From IMG/VR virus record IMGVR_UViG_3300044712_002690, positions 32,001 to 96,000 of that record: DNA of 64,000 nt; one strand, 5' to 3'. Positions 28,274-37,639 of the stretch are shown here, in pieces. The notes under the pieces are model-generated. The model saw only the letters and a program-made list of their open reading frames with translations, did not search any database and had not been told where the DNA came from. Within the stretch, counting starts at the first letter, position 1; every line of letters starts with the position of its first letter. The position numbers and the translations under genes are program-made. The DNA is from a virus.

Positions 28274-28987
28274 ATGAGAAGACAAACCATAGAAGATTTT
28301 TATAGAAGGTTAGCAGGCGATCCTATAGATAAAACTAAAAATAATCCAATCAGACCTGTTGCTGGAGATTTTGATAAATTTGAATTAAACACCTCTAATT
28401 ATATGGATCTTTTACAGCCTGTTATTGATGATTATAAAGAGAAGGATTCAAGAAAGTATGAGGATATGGAAGAGCAACTTAAATCTGTTACAGATATAAA
28501 TGGGACTCCTATTGATCAATTGCACCCTTATGATCTTAACAGTTCTTCTTTTTCACAAGAAGCATTTTTATTGTTTAATTCTATATTTAATATTTCTGCA
28601 TTTGACTCTGATCTTTCATTAGAAGAAAACCTTGAGGCTCTTAAGTTTGATGAAATGGAGGATGTACCTGATAAACATTACCATGACGGGTATAGAGAAG
28701 AACACAAAAATTATAATCATATAATAGAATTTACTCAGATGGATGCAGATACTTGGGTGGAATTAAGTGTTTATCAAGATAAAAACACTGGTGAGATATT
28801 TTATTATGAAGAAGGAGATTTAAGAAGAGCAGACCCTCCTATGACATTAGATAAACTTATTTCTTTATTAAATGACATGGCTAGTCTATCTCCTCCAGAT
28901 AAACAACTTGATCCAGATGCTCCATCTGCTGCTTCTGAGGTTCAGAGATGGATGAGTAATATGAATTTTACTGCTGAATTAAATTAA
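28274..28987 (+). CDS. Acidic protein with leader FYRRLAG
   Basis: 237 aa; AGGA RBS. Confidence 0.6.
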   Translation: MRRQTIEDFYRRLAGDPIDKTKNNPIRPVAGDFDKFELNTSNYMDLLQPVIDDYKEKDSRKYEDMEEQLKSVTDINGTPIDQLHPYDLNSSSFSQEAFLLFNSIFNISAFDSDLSLEENLEALKFDEMEDVPDKHYHDGYREEHKNYNHIIEFTQMDADTWVELSVYQDKNTGEIFYYEEGDLRRADPPMTLDKLISLLNDMASLSPPDKQLDPDAPSAASEVQRWMSNMNFTAELN

Positions 28988-29021
28988 TTTTTATTGAAAG
29001 AATAATGGGATACATTTAGTT

Positions 29022-29846
29022 ATGTTACATTTTAAAAATTTTGCTCAAGGTGTTCTTGATGATTCAGATGATGCTAGAATTTGGGATTATCTTGATGAAC
29101 TGCTTCCTATTGTACTTTTAGAAGGAGAAGTAATGGATGAAAGTCCTGAACAGCCTTCAGAACCCATAGAATTACCTTATACTAATTTAAGACCATTAGA
29201 ATTAAAAAAAGGAGCTAAAGTTATAGCTGATATAGAAACAGAATATCCTAATGAATATGATTATATTATTGTATATAATGATTTTATTTATGTTACAGGT
29301 ATTGTAACAGGAATGACTAATATTGGGCCTATATCAGAATTAGATTCTGTTCTTAGTTTATTTGAAAAATATGCAGGTACTTTTTCTCTTATGGAAACAG
29401 ATTTTGAAGATGAAGAAATAGATGAGAGTAAAAAAATCTATCATTCTATTGAAAATAGAAGAAACAAACAGTTACAGGAATTTTATAAGAAATTAGCTTC
29501 TGTTCCAACATATAATCTTACTTGTGTAATACATGGTGGAATACTTCCTGATGGTACTCAAATTTTTACAAATGAAGAAGTAAATGAATTATGGAATCAG
29601 TTAAAACTTTTACTTCCTATAGAAGACACAGATTTAACTTTAGACGCATTAGAAGAAAAAGGTAAAATTATTGCAGAAGTATCTACATCATACAGACATG
29701 CAAAAGGTGCTGCAGGTGAAGATTATATTATACTATTTGGTGATTATGTAATTTTTACTGATTATGATTCTGGTGTTTTTCAATTAGGACCAAGAGAGAA
29801 TGCAGAAGCAGTATTAGACTTATTGAAAAAATATTCATGTGATTAA
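29022..29846 (+). CDS. Protein with a duplicated ~110-aa domain and an internal FYKKLAS motif
   Basis: W..L..LLPI...K.IA...T.Y...DYII...D...G...IGP/LGP...VL.L..KY occurs twice. Confidence 0.6.
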   Translation: MLHFKNFAQGVLDDSDDARIWDYLDELLPIVLLEGEVMDESPEQPSEPIELPYTNLRPLELKKGAKVIADIETEYPNEYDYIIVYNDFIYVTGIVTGMTNIGPISELDSVLSLFEKYAGTFSLMETDFEDEEIDESKKIYHSIENRRNKQLQEFYKKLASVPTYNLTCVIHGGILPDGTQIFTNEEVNELWNQLKLLLPIEDTDLTLDALEEKGKIIAEVSTSYRHAKGAAGEDYIILFGDYVIFTDYDSGVFQLGPRENAEAVLDLLKKYSCD

Positions 29847-29864
29847 TATTATAGGAGAATAAAA

Positions 29865-30407
29865 ATGGCTATTGAAAAAGAATATTATGTTCCTCTGTAT
29901 AGACTTGCGGTATCAAAGATACCTGAAGACTATAGATTGCAGCAAATCAGCGAGTGGCTTGCTAAAAATGCTCTTAAAGTTTCTAACCAAGCAGTTAGAG
30001 AAAGCTTTAAACGTGCAGGAAGAAAAGATCTTGTTGATGTATTTTTACAACAAGAAGATATTAGTGTTAATGATGTTGTTAAATCAAGATCAACTGGAAG
30101 ATTTGGTACTGTTGTTAAAGAGCATTGGGATGGCGAAACTGTTACAGTTAAATGGGATTCAGGTGGACAACAGCCTCTTTCTAAAGGATCTCTTTTTAAG
30201 ATACATGAAAAGAAAGAAGAGAGACTTGATAAGAATGATGTAGTTTTAGCAAAGTCAGACACAGAAGCATATGAAGAAATGACTGATAAGAAGAAGCAGT
30301 TTATTGAAATGAAAGATAACATGGCAAAGGAAAAAAAGAATAAATCTGCTTCTGAAGTAGAATACGAAACTTGGGTAAAATCTAAATTGTACAATGAAAG
30401 CAAGTAA
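29865..30407 (+). CDS. Protein with an SH3/KOW-like module
   Basis: VNDVVKSRSTGRFGTVV...VTVKWDSG; leader LYRLAV. Confidence 0.55.
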   Translation: MAIEKEYYVPLYRLAVSKIPEDYRLQQISEWLAKNALKVSNQAVRESFKRAGRKDLVDVFLQQEDISVNDVVKSRSTGRFGTVVKEHWDGETVTVKWDSGGQQPLSKGSLFKIHEKKEERLDKNDVVLAKSDTEAYEEMTDKKKQFIEMKDNMAKEKKNKSASEVEYETWVKSKLYNESK

Positions 30408-30696
30408 TAGAGAAAGATGTCTTGAATCTCTTTATGAGTTAATTAAGAAGATAGATGCTGAGAGATCTGAAAATGATCTCTTAGACACATCTTCGGATTA
30501 TTATCAAGATTTTAATTCTAAAGATAGAATTAGAGCTTTATTAGTAAAGCTTCATTCTTATTTTAATGGCGAATTAATGTTGTCACAAAGAGATATAGAT
30601 GAAACTTGGAATGAGGTTAGAACTTACTTATATAATTCAGGTTCTAATTTGCCTATAATTTATAATGTTATTTTAGCATGTAGTTTAGACGCATAA
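30394..30696 (+). CDS. Hypothetical protein
   Basis: 100 aa; overlaps the previous stop. Confidence 0.5.
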   Translation: MKASNRERCLESLYELIKKIDAERSENDLLDTSSDYYQDFNSKDRIRALLVKLHSYFNGELMLSQRDIDETWNEVRTYLYNSGSNLPIIYNVILACSLDA

Positions 30697-30713
30697 TTTA
30701 CTAGGATATTGTT

Positions 30714-32339
30714 ATGAACTATTTTGATTTTTACCTGCGTTTATCCGCTGTAACTATTTCAAAGTTGCATGAGAAATATCAAGATCAAATACCTTTAGAA
30801 GATTTAGAAGGTATTATAAGATCAGACCCTACTTATCCAGGTGGAGATCAAGTAGGATCATATGGTCCTTGGTTAGTAAAACAATATCTACAAGGATCTT
30901 TTGATTTATCTATGTCAAATGAAATGATAACATTACTAAATGAATTTACACGCTATAAACCTAATTTAGAAAAGAAAGATATATATACGTATCAATCTGT
31001 TGATGAACTACATCAAGCAGTAGCACCTTTTATTTACTATCAACCTAACGAAGAAGAAACTTCAGCAGAACCAAGCATACTTTATGATGATGGTATTTGG
31101 GTTGCAGTTAAACCAAATACATTTGAAGAAGAATGTTTTTATGGGCAAAAAACTACATGGTGTACTAAAAGTAACTCTTCCATGTTTCAAAAGTATCAAG
31201 GAAATCTTTTTATTATAATAAATAGAAAAGAAAATAAAAAGTTTCAATTTGATCTTAAAGATTATCAATTTAAAAATGAAAAAAATCAAGAGGATCTTGA
31301 AGGATTTTTAAATTTAAATCCACCACAAGAACTCCTTACTTCATTAGGAATACAAGATATTCTTACTCCTCCTGCTACAGCACCTGAACTTAGCCAAGTA
31401 CAAGTAGCTGTACAAGAAAGAATTTCTAAATTTCTTTCTTTAAATCAAGATAATGAAAAAATGCTTGCAGAAGCATTATCTGTTGTAAATATTCCATTTG
31501 ATAAAGCTGATTCACTAGAAACATATAACGCAATATCAAATACAAAAGCAGTTCGTATGCACTATCTACAAAAAATGATACAAAATACTCCTTCTCCTAC
31601 AATTGATATAATAGAATCCCTAGCGCAGGATCCTAAGTATGTTCTTCTTGATAATGCACTTAATTATTTATATTATAGAAATTCTGCTATTACTACGTAT
31701 CAAAATATAGCTAATCCTTCAACTGGCTCATTTAGAGATAAAGCACTTAGACTAAATAAAGATCCATTTGATGAAGCAGATAAACGTCATATTCATACTG
31801 TAGATATAGAAAATAATACAATAAGCAAAGATAGACGTGTAAGCGATCTTGTTAAAGAAATTACAATAGATTCACCTAAATGGAAAGAATTTGGAAAAGA
31901 TGGTGAATTATTTACAAGTAACATTCCTAGACGATTAGTTAAAGAGATAAGAGCATTTGAGGAAGATGAATATAGTGAACACAACAAATATATGGAAGCT
32001 GTATTTGACATAGGAGAGACTTTTTTTGAATACGTTGCGGAAGCAGGTGTTGCTTGGATACAAGGTAATTCTATATCTCCACAACAAATGCAAGACGCAA
32101 AAATAGTATATTATTTTCTTGATAGTGTCCGTGCTACTGATCCTACGTTTGAAGGATTTTTCATGGATAGTTTTTATGATATTTGGCCAGGTATTCTTAG
32201 TGAAATGGGAACTGAAGATTTAGCTGAACTTGGAGTTAATTCAGATCCTATGGTATATTTTGATATGGGAAGTGACATTCTATTTGAAACAGAAATGGGA
32301 CATTCTTTCTTAAGATTTGTATTTGGAATAATTGAATAA
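30714..32339 (+). CDS. GxxTxWCT-domain (PcfJ-like) protein, paralog 1
   Basis: ILYDDGIWVAVKPNTFEEECFYGQKTTWCT...LFIIIN...KFQFD; leader FYLRLSA. Confidence 0.6.
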   Translation: MNYFDFYLRLSAVTISKLHEKYQDQIPLEDLEGIIRSDPTYPGGDQVGSYGPWLVKQYLQGSFDLSMSNEMITLLNEFTRYKPNLEKKDIYTYQSVDELHQAVAPFIYYQPNEEETSAEPSILYDDGIWVAVKPNTFEEECFYGQKTTWCTKSNSSMFQKYQGNLFIIINRKENKKFQFDLKDYQFKNEKNQEDLEGFLNLNPPQELLTSLGIQDILTPPATAPELSQVQVAVQERISKFLSLNQDNEKMLAEALSVVNIPFDKADSLETYNAISNTKAVRMHYLQKMIQNTPSPTIDIIESLAQDPKYVLLDNALNYLYYRNSAITTYQNIANPSTGSFRDKALRLNKDPFDEADKRHIHTVDIENNTISKDRRVSDLVKEITIDSPKWKEFGKDGELFTSNIPRRLVKEIRAFEEDEYSEHNKYMEAVFDIGETFFEYVAEAGVAWIQGNSISPQQMQDAKIVYYFLDSVRATDPTFEGFFMDSFYDIWPGILSEMGTEDLAELGVNSDPMVYFDMGSDILFETEMGHSFLRFVFGIIE

Positions 32340-32351
32340 TAAGGAGTAGTT

Positions 32352-33011
32352 ATGAGAAATTTACATTTACAACAATTTTATAAAAAAATAGGTATTGACG
32401 AACAATCAGCAATTATGCCTTATGATGATTCTAATGAAGTAGAAAAGCAAAAACAATTTGCTGAAAATGTAGTAACATTATTCGATAGTTTTTTAAATTC
32501 TGAACAATTTAATGTTATTAAAGCAACTAAATCTCCAATGGAGATATTCGATACAGCAGCAATAATGACTCATGCTGCTATTCATGAAAAATTAGAACAG
32601 CAGGGTAAAATTGATAAACATCCTGCTCTTCTTACAATATCAGAATATGCAGAGTATTTTGATAATTTAAGAAATGAAGATCCCGAACGTTTTGATATTG
32701 AATTTAAAGAATTTCAAGATAATCCACCTCAAGATTATATTGAAGCTAATGAAATTTTAGTAGCAGAACAACTTGGATTAATGTTTATGGGTGACGAACC
32801 CTCTAGAGAAAGAAAAATGTTTAATATGATTCAAGATATTCTTGTACAGAATAGACTACCAGCTATTCAATTAGAATTCAAAGATAATGCAAGGATACCA
32901 TATAAGAGACCAAGACCAGGAATGGGAATGCCAGGAATAGGCGGACCTGGAATGCCTCAAGGATTACCTGGTGGAAGACCCGGACTACCTGGACCAAGAG
33001 GAAGAGGATAA
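32352..33011 (+). CDS. Protein with leader FYKKIG and a Gly/Pro/Arg-rich tail
   Basis: Ends RPRPGMGMPGIGGPGMPQGLPGGRPGLPGPRGRG. Confidence 0.6.
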   Translation: MRNLHLQQFYKKIGIDEQSAIMPYDDSNEVEKQKQFAENVVTLFDSFLNSEQFNVIKATKSPMEIFDTAAIMTHAAIHEKLEQQGKIDKHPALLTISEYAEYFDNLRNEDPERFDIEFKEFQDNPPQDYIEANEILVAEQLGLMFMGDEPSRERKMFNMIQDILVQNRLPAIQLEFKDNARIPYKRPRPGMGMPGIGGPGMPQGLPGGRPGLPGPRGRG

Positions 33012-33028
33012 CATTTAGGGTTATTGTT

Positions 33029-34579
33029 GTGAAAGAAAATTATTTTTCATTTTATGAACGTATAGCTGCTATAACTGTTTCTAAATTACATGAAATGTAT
33101 GATGAACAGTTAGGTGAACAAGTAGTTAATGATATTATCTCCTCTGATCCAACATATATTGGAGGAGATAGTATAGGTTCATATACCCCATGGATCTTTA
33201 AACAAATTACAAATAGAATTATTGATCTGGATCAATTAGTAGTTGTTACACAAGCACTTGATCTATTTAATAGGTATAAACCTAATTTAGAAGTCAGAGA
33301 TATTTATCAGTATCAGTCATTAGATGAATTATTAGGTGTGTTAGATTCTTATTTACCAAAACAAGTTCCAATGGAAAAGGGATCTGAAGAAATATTATAT
33401 GACAATGGAACTTGGCTTTTAGTAAGTCCTTTTACATTTGAATCAGAATGTAACTGGGGATCAGGTACGAAATGGTGTACTACAGACCAACATGGAAAAG
33501 AGAGTGGAAGACGAACTTTTGAAAGCATAATGCAAAAATCTTTATTATATATTATCATAAATCAACAAACTGGTGAAAAATATCAATTTGATAATCATAC
33601 CGGTCAGTTTATGAATTCTTTAGATAGAGAAAGCTATGAACAATTTATAAATAGTGATCCTCCAAAAGAATTAATTTCTTTTATTGAAAAAAATACTCCG
33701 AATGTAATACAAAAGTTTATAGAAAATCGAGAAAAAGAAGCAGAGTTTCAAAGAAATTTATCTAATTTTTTCCCTATAAAAGAACAATTAATTAATCATA
33801 TTCAAGAAACAGTTGGAACACTTGATACAAGAGTGTTACTTAAGACTATTGTTTCTAAATTTATAGAAATAGTAGGTAAACCTATACTTGATTATGAACA
33901 AATTCGTGAAATTATAAGAAGCAATGTTGAGTTATATGATCTTTCCAAGTCATACGAACTTATTTCTATAATTAATGATGATAAAGAACTATTGACTGCT
34001 ACTAGTCCTGAAGAAATAGATCTTAATTTTTATGTTCAAGGAAGAATAGATTATTTTATACGTAGACTAACTGATGATGAATTTAACTTTTATGATATTA
34101 CAAATAAAATTGTGAATCTTGCAAAAAATGAAGCAAGAAAAGAAGTAAGAAAAAAAGTAAAGAATCCTCGTCAAGCAGCTGTTACTTCATTAAGACAAAT
34201 TATAGAAAATTATCCTTCTAATAGTTTTACAGCACATGATATCATGGGTGTAATTTTACAGGATGATGAATTAAAAGAAATATTTACTACAGCGTATCAG
34301 CATGCAGATCCTGAAGTTATAAAGACGCAATGGAGTCTTTATCATTTTAATGATTTTTTAGAAAAGCTTATAAATCAAACATTATATAAAGAAGGACTTG
34401 TAACTAGAAAAACAAACCGTAACCCTACTCCTGGTGAAAATTGGTATACTAATGCAGAGGAATTAGGTTATGGTCCTAATGTGGGACATAGTAGTGTGGT
34501 TACTTATACAAAAGTTCCACAAGAGCAAAGACAAAGTAGTTATGTAGGTCTCTATAATAATAGAAACTGGTGGATGTAA
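33029..34579 (+). CDS. GxxTxWCT-domain (PcfJ-like) protein, paralog 2
   Basis: N-terminal ~230 aa align by eye to 30714..32339 (SDPTY.GGD..GSY.PW, RYKPNLE..DIY.YQS.DEL, GSGTKWCT); the C-terminus is unrelated. Confidence 0.65.
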   Translation: MKENYFSFYERIAAITVSKLHEMYDEQLGEQVVNDIISSDPTYIGGDSIGSYTPWIFKQITNRIIDLDQLVVVTQALDLFNRYKPNLEVRDIYQYQSLDELLGVLDSYLPKQVPMEKGSEEILYDNGTWLLVSPFTFESECNWGSGTKWCTTDQHGKESGRRTFESIMQKSLLYIIINQQTGEKYQFDNHTGQFMNSLDRESYEQFINSDPPKELISFIEKNTPNVIQKFIENREKEAEFQRNLSNFFPIKEQLINHIQETVGTLDTRVLLKTIVSKFIEIVGKPILDYEQIREIIRSNVELYDLSKSYELISIINDDKELLTATSPEEIDLNFYVQGRIDYFIRRLTDDEFNFYDITNKIVNLAKNEARKEVRKKVKNPRQAAVTSLRQIIENYPSNSFTAHDIMGVILQDDELKEIFTTAYQHADPEVIKTQWSLYHFNDFLEKLINQTLYKEGLVTRKTNRNPTPGENWYTNAEELGYGPNVGHSSVVTYTKVPQEQRQSSYVGLYNNRNWWM

Positions 34580-36636
34580 GAATGATAAAACTATCATCTA
34601 TACTTGATTATCAACAACAAGAACTTTGTCCAGAGATATGGAATGGCTTTGTATTAAAACCTGAAATAAAAGAATTCTTATGGTTTTTATTAAAGAGTTT
34701 TTATGATAGTCAAGATCTTAAAGGATATGATGAATGGATTGCCGAGGGAATTATTGCTTCTTCTCTTGCAACTTATTTTTATAATGAAAATACTGATTTT
34801 GATATCAAAGTATTTATAGATTTAGATGTTCTTATTGAATATAATCCGCATCTAACAAAATTTACTGACGATCAGATTCTTGAAATAATGAAAAAGGAAG
34901 GTAGAAAATCATACTATCTTACTCAAGTTATTCCTGGAACTAATCATCAAGTAGATTTTTACTTTTTACCCGCAAGTGATTTACAACATCTTAATATGTT
35001 GAAGTATGATTCTGTATATTTACTTTCAAAAGATGAATGGTTAAAAGAGCCACAAAAATTAGTTGAAGGATTATCTCCTGCTTATATTATGCAAGTAGCA
35101 AGAGAGAAAGCAGAACCCTATCTTAAAAAGATTTCTGAAGACATAGAACAAACTAAAGATGACTGTCTTGATTTCTTAGTGTTAAGAGATTTCTTGAAAG
35201 ACTTAGATCCTCAAGACCTAAATAGTTTAAGAGAAGAATTTGAAAGACAATTAGATATAATCGAATATGATATTGACCAACTTGTAGAAGATAAGAATGA
35301 AATGAAGGAAATCAGAAAGAGAGAATATGATAGAAAATCTCTTAAAACTGAATTAGAAAAGTTAATGGGATCACTGAATTATAGTGATGGAAATCTTATT
35401 TTTAAACTTGTGCAGAGATATGGGTATCTTAAAATACTTGTTGAAATTAAAGAGCTATATGAAGACAAAAATATAGTTTCTAGTGACGTCGAAAATATAC
35501 TTTCTCTTCTTACTGCAACAGCAGTAAACGAAGAAAACAGAAAGTATGCAGATGTAATTAGTGATATTATTAAAAAATATCAACAGTTTTTTACAGATGA
35601 ACAAATGCAATATATACTTAATGTTGTTCCAAGATCTTTTATTCCCTGGGTATTTAGAGAATTGAAAAATTACATATTAGAATTAAGAACGGATGAAACA
35701 GATGATGAACCACCTCCTTTTAACAAAGAAACTGTTCAGTATGCTTTTCAAGATAGAAATCTATTAGCAGATATAGATAATTGGGTTAAATATTTAACAT
35801 TTTTTGTTGATAATAAGCAAAAAATAAAAGAGAAGGGATTGGTTGTAAATATTAATGATTATACTCTTGATGATTTGAAATGGGTTGTGTATAATTTTGA
35901 TCCTTCTATTAAGTATACTAGTTATGTTAATCAAGAAAAACTCAATAATAGCGATGCTGATATAGTATATGATGATCAATATTGGACTATATATGCAATG
36001 TATGATGAAGAAACTGCATGTATTTTAGGTGAAGGTACAGATTTATGTACAACAAGAGGAAAGTTTCATGATTATTATACACAAAACAATCCTATTTACA
36101 TGTTATTAAATAAAACAGATAACCATAGATGGCAATTTGATAAAAAATCAATGATGTTTGTCACAGAAGATGACGAATCTGTAAACTTTAAAACTTTTTT
36201 TGATACATATAATGAACAAATATCAAATGAATTAACACAAAAATTATATGAACTGTCTGGTAAATCTATATTTATGTATGTGAATGATAAAAATAGTATA
36301 GAATATCAATTCGGTTTAGTTGGATTAGACTATAATAAATTTGTTGAGGTACAACAAACTCAGCCCAATCTTACTCCGGGAGAAGCTATTTATAAAATAG
36401 AAGACGCATACTATTCAAGTATAGAGTCTATATTAAATGTATATCATACTTATTTATCAGTTTTAGGAAAGGATTTAGCGGATTCTTATTTACTTGCTAA
36501 ACTAGAGGATTGGCATCATCAAGGTATTCACGAGTTAAAATATCAATTACATTTAATTATTTCAGGGCAAAATAATGGATTAGAAGATATAGAATATTAT
36601 CAAGAATTGCTTAATATATTACATGAGATTAGTTAA
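34570..36636 (+). CDS. Pol-beta-superfamily nucleotidyltransferase fused to a C-terminal GxxTx(W/L)CT domain
   Basis: LCPEIW...LKPEIKEFL, SSLATYFY...TDFDIKV and QVDFY motifs; C-terminal GEGTDLCT...RWQFD. Likely start is ATG 34582 (MIKLSS). Confidence 0.7.
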   Translation: MDVRMIKLSSILDYQQQELCPEIWNGFVLKPEIKEFLWFLLKSFYDSQDLKGYDEWIAEGIIASSLATYFYNENTDFDIKVFIDLDVLIEYNPHLTKFTDDQILEIMKKEGRKSYYLTQVIPGTNHQVDFYFLPASDLQHLNMLKYDSVYLLSKDEWLKEPQKLVEGLSPAYIMQVAREKAEPYLKKISEDIEQTKDDCLDFLVLRDFLKDLDPQDLNSLREEFERQLDIIEYDIDQLVEDKNEMKEIRKREYDRKSLKTELEKLMGSLNYSDGNLIFKLVQRYGYLKILVEIKELYEDKNIVSSDVENILSLLTATAVNEENRKYADVISDIIKKYQQFFTDEQMQYILNVVPRSFIPWVFRELKNYILELRTDETDDEPPPFNKETVQYAFQDRNLLADIDNWVKYLTFFVDNKQKIKEKGLVVNINDYTLDDLKWVVYNFDPSIKYTSYVNQEKLNNSDADIVYDDQYWTIYAMYDEETACILGEGTDLCTTRGKFHDYYTQNNPIYMLLNKTDNHRWQFDKKSMMFVTEDDESVNFKTFFDTYNEQISNELTQKLYELSGKSIFMYVNDKNSIEYQFGLVGLDYNKFVEVQQTQPNLTPGEAIYKIEDAYYSSIESILNVYHTYLSVLGKDLADSYLLAKLEDWHHQGIHELKYQLHLIISGQNNGLEDIEYYQELLNILHEIS

Positions 36637-36648
36637 ATATACACAATA

Positions 36649-37413
36649 ATGGAAAAATATTCGTATAGTAAAATTTCCTTATATTCTCAATGTCCTTATA
36701 AATATAAGAAACTTTATATAGAAAAATTGCCAAGTAAAATTGCTTGGCAAACTTGTTTAGGTATATCAACTGCTGACATTTTAGAAAAGATGTATAAAGA
36801 TGAGGAAATCCTATCTAATTATGCTTGTGGTCCAACACCTGAATTACTTATTTGCTTAATCGAACAGTATTGGATACCAAATCAGTATAAAAAACAATTT
36901 GCAGAATCAAACTTAGAAACACATAAGTTTCTTTGTTATCCAAGTAAACCAGCGGAATTACGTGAGAAAGAGAACCTTTTAAAATACCTTACTTTTTATT
37001 TTAAATATCGTAAACTTGAGAAAAAGTTTGGTGTTGAATTACCATTTGAAGTTCCTTTCGATGACTTTTTATTAACTGGTAGGATAGATTTACTGAATAA
37101 AGTAGGAAATCACTTAGATATTATAGATAATAAAGTAACAAGTAATTTTCTAAATGATACATTTGAAAGCATTCAATTAGGAATTTATTACTATGCAATT
37201 AAAAAACTATTCCCTAGATTCCAGATTGGGAAAGTAGGTTATTACTACATTAAGCAATCTAGAGAGGTTTTAATTAACAGTGATTTATTAAAAGTTGATA
37301 TTATATATAGAAAGATAAGAGATTCCGTAGAAGGAATTAGAAATAAGAAATTTAATTGTTCTCCAAATCAATATTGTAATTTTTGTGAGTTTAAAAATGA
37401 ATGTGGAGCGTAG
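36649..37413 (+). CDS. RecB/Cas4-like PD-(D/E)XK exonuclease
   Basis: SYSKISLYSQCP, GRIDLL, IIDNK, QLGIY and C-terminal C...CNFC...C. Confidence 0.85.
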   Translation: MEKYSYSKISLYSQCPYKYKKLYIEKLPSKIAWQTCLGISTADILEKMYKDEEILSNYACGPTPELLICLIEQYWIPNQYKKQFAESNLETHKFLCYPSKPAELREKENLLKYLTFYFKYRKLEKKFGVELPFEVPFDDFLLTGRIDLLNKVGNHLDIIDNKVTSNFLNDTFESIQLGIYYYAIKKLFPRFQIGKVGYYYIKQSREVLINSDLLKVDIIYRKIRDSVEGIRNKKFNCSPNQYCNFCEFKNECGA

Positions 37414-37423
37414 AAAAACGAAT

Positions 37424-37639
37424 ATGGCTTTTAGTGATGATTTTAATGTGGTTATGAATTATTCTCAAAAAGAAGATAAGATATCCATTGAAAATGATAG
37501 ACCTTTAACTAAAGGAGATATTGTACTCCTTCTTAGTAACTTACTTTCATTACTTGAAACAAATGAAAGAGAATTTGCTTCTAAGATTGCTTTGGAAGCA
37601 GTAAATGTTAAAAAATCTACAGGTACTCTAAATGGATAA
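37424..37639 (+). CDS. Hypothetical protein
   Basis: Likely start MAFSDDF after GGAG; 71 aa. Confidence 0.5.
   Translation: MAFSDDFNVVMNYSQKEDKISIENDRPLTKGDIVLLLSNLLSLLETNEREFASKIALEAVNVKKSTGTLNG

Noticed and set aside
1233-30713. Shared late-promoter motif resembling TTTTAC/T(AG)TAG upstream of 1232, 5408, 18554 and 30714
   Set aside because: Matches are short, variable and AT-rich; they cannot be distinguished from background without a motif-enrichment run.
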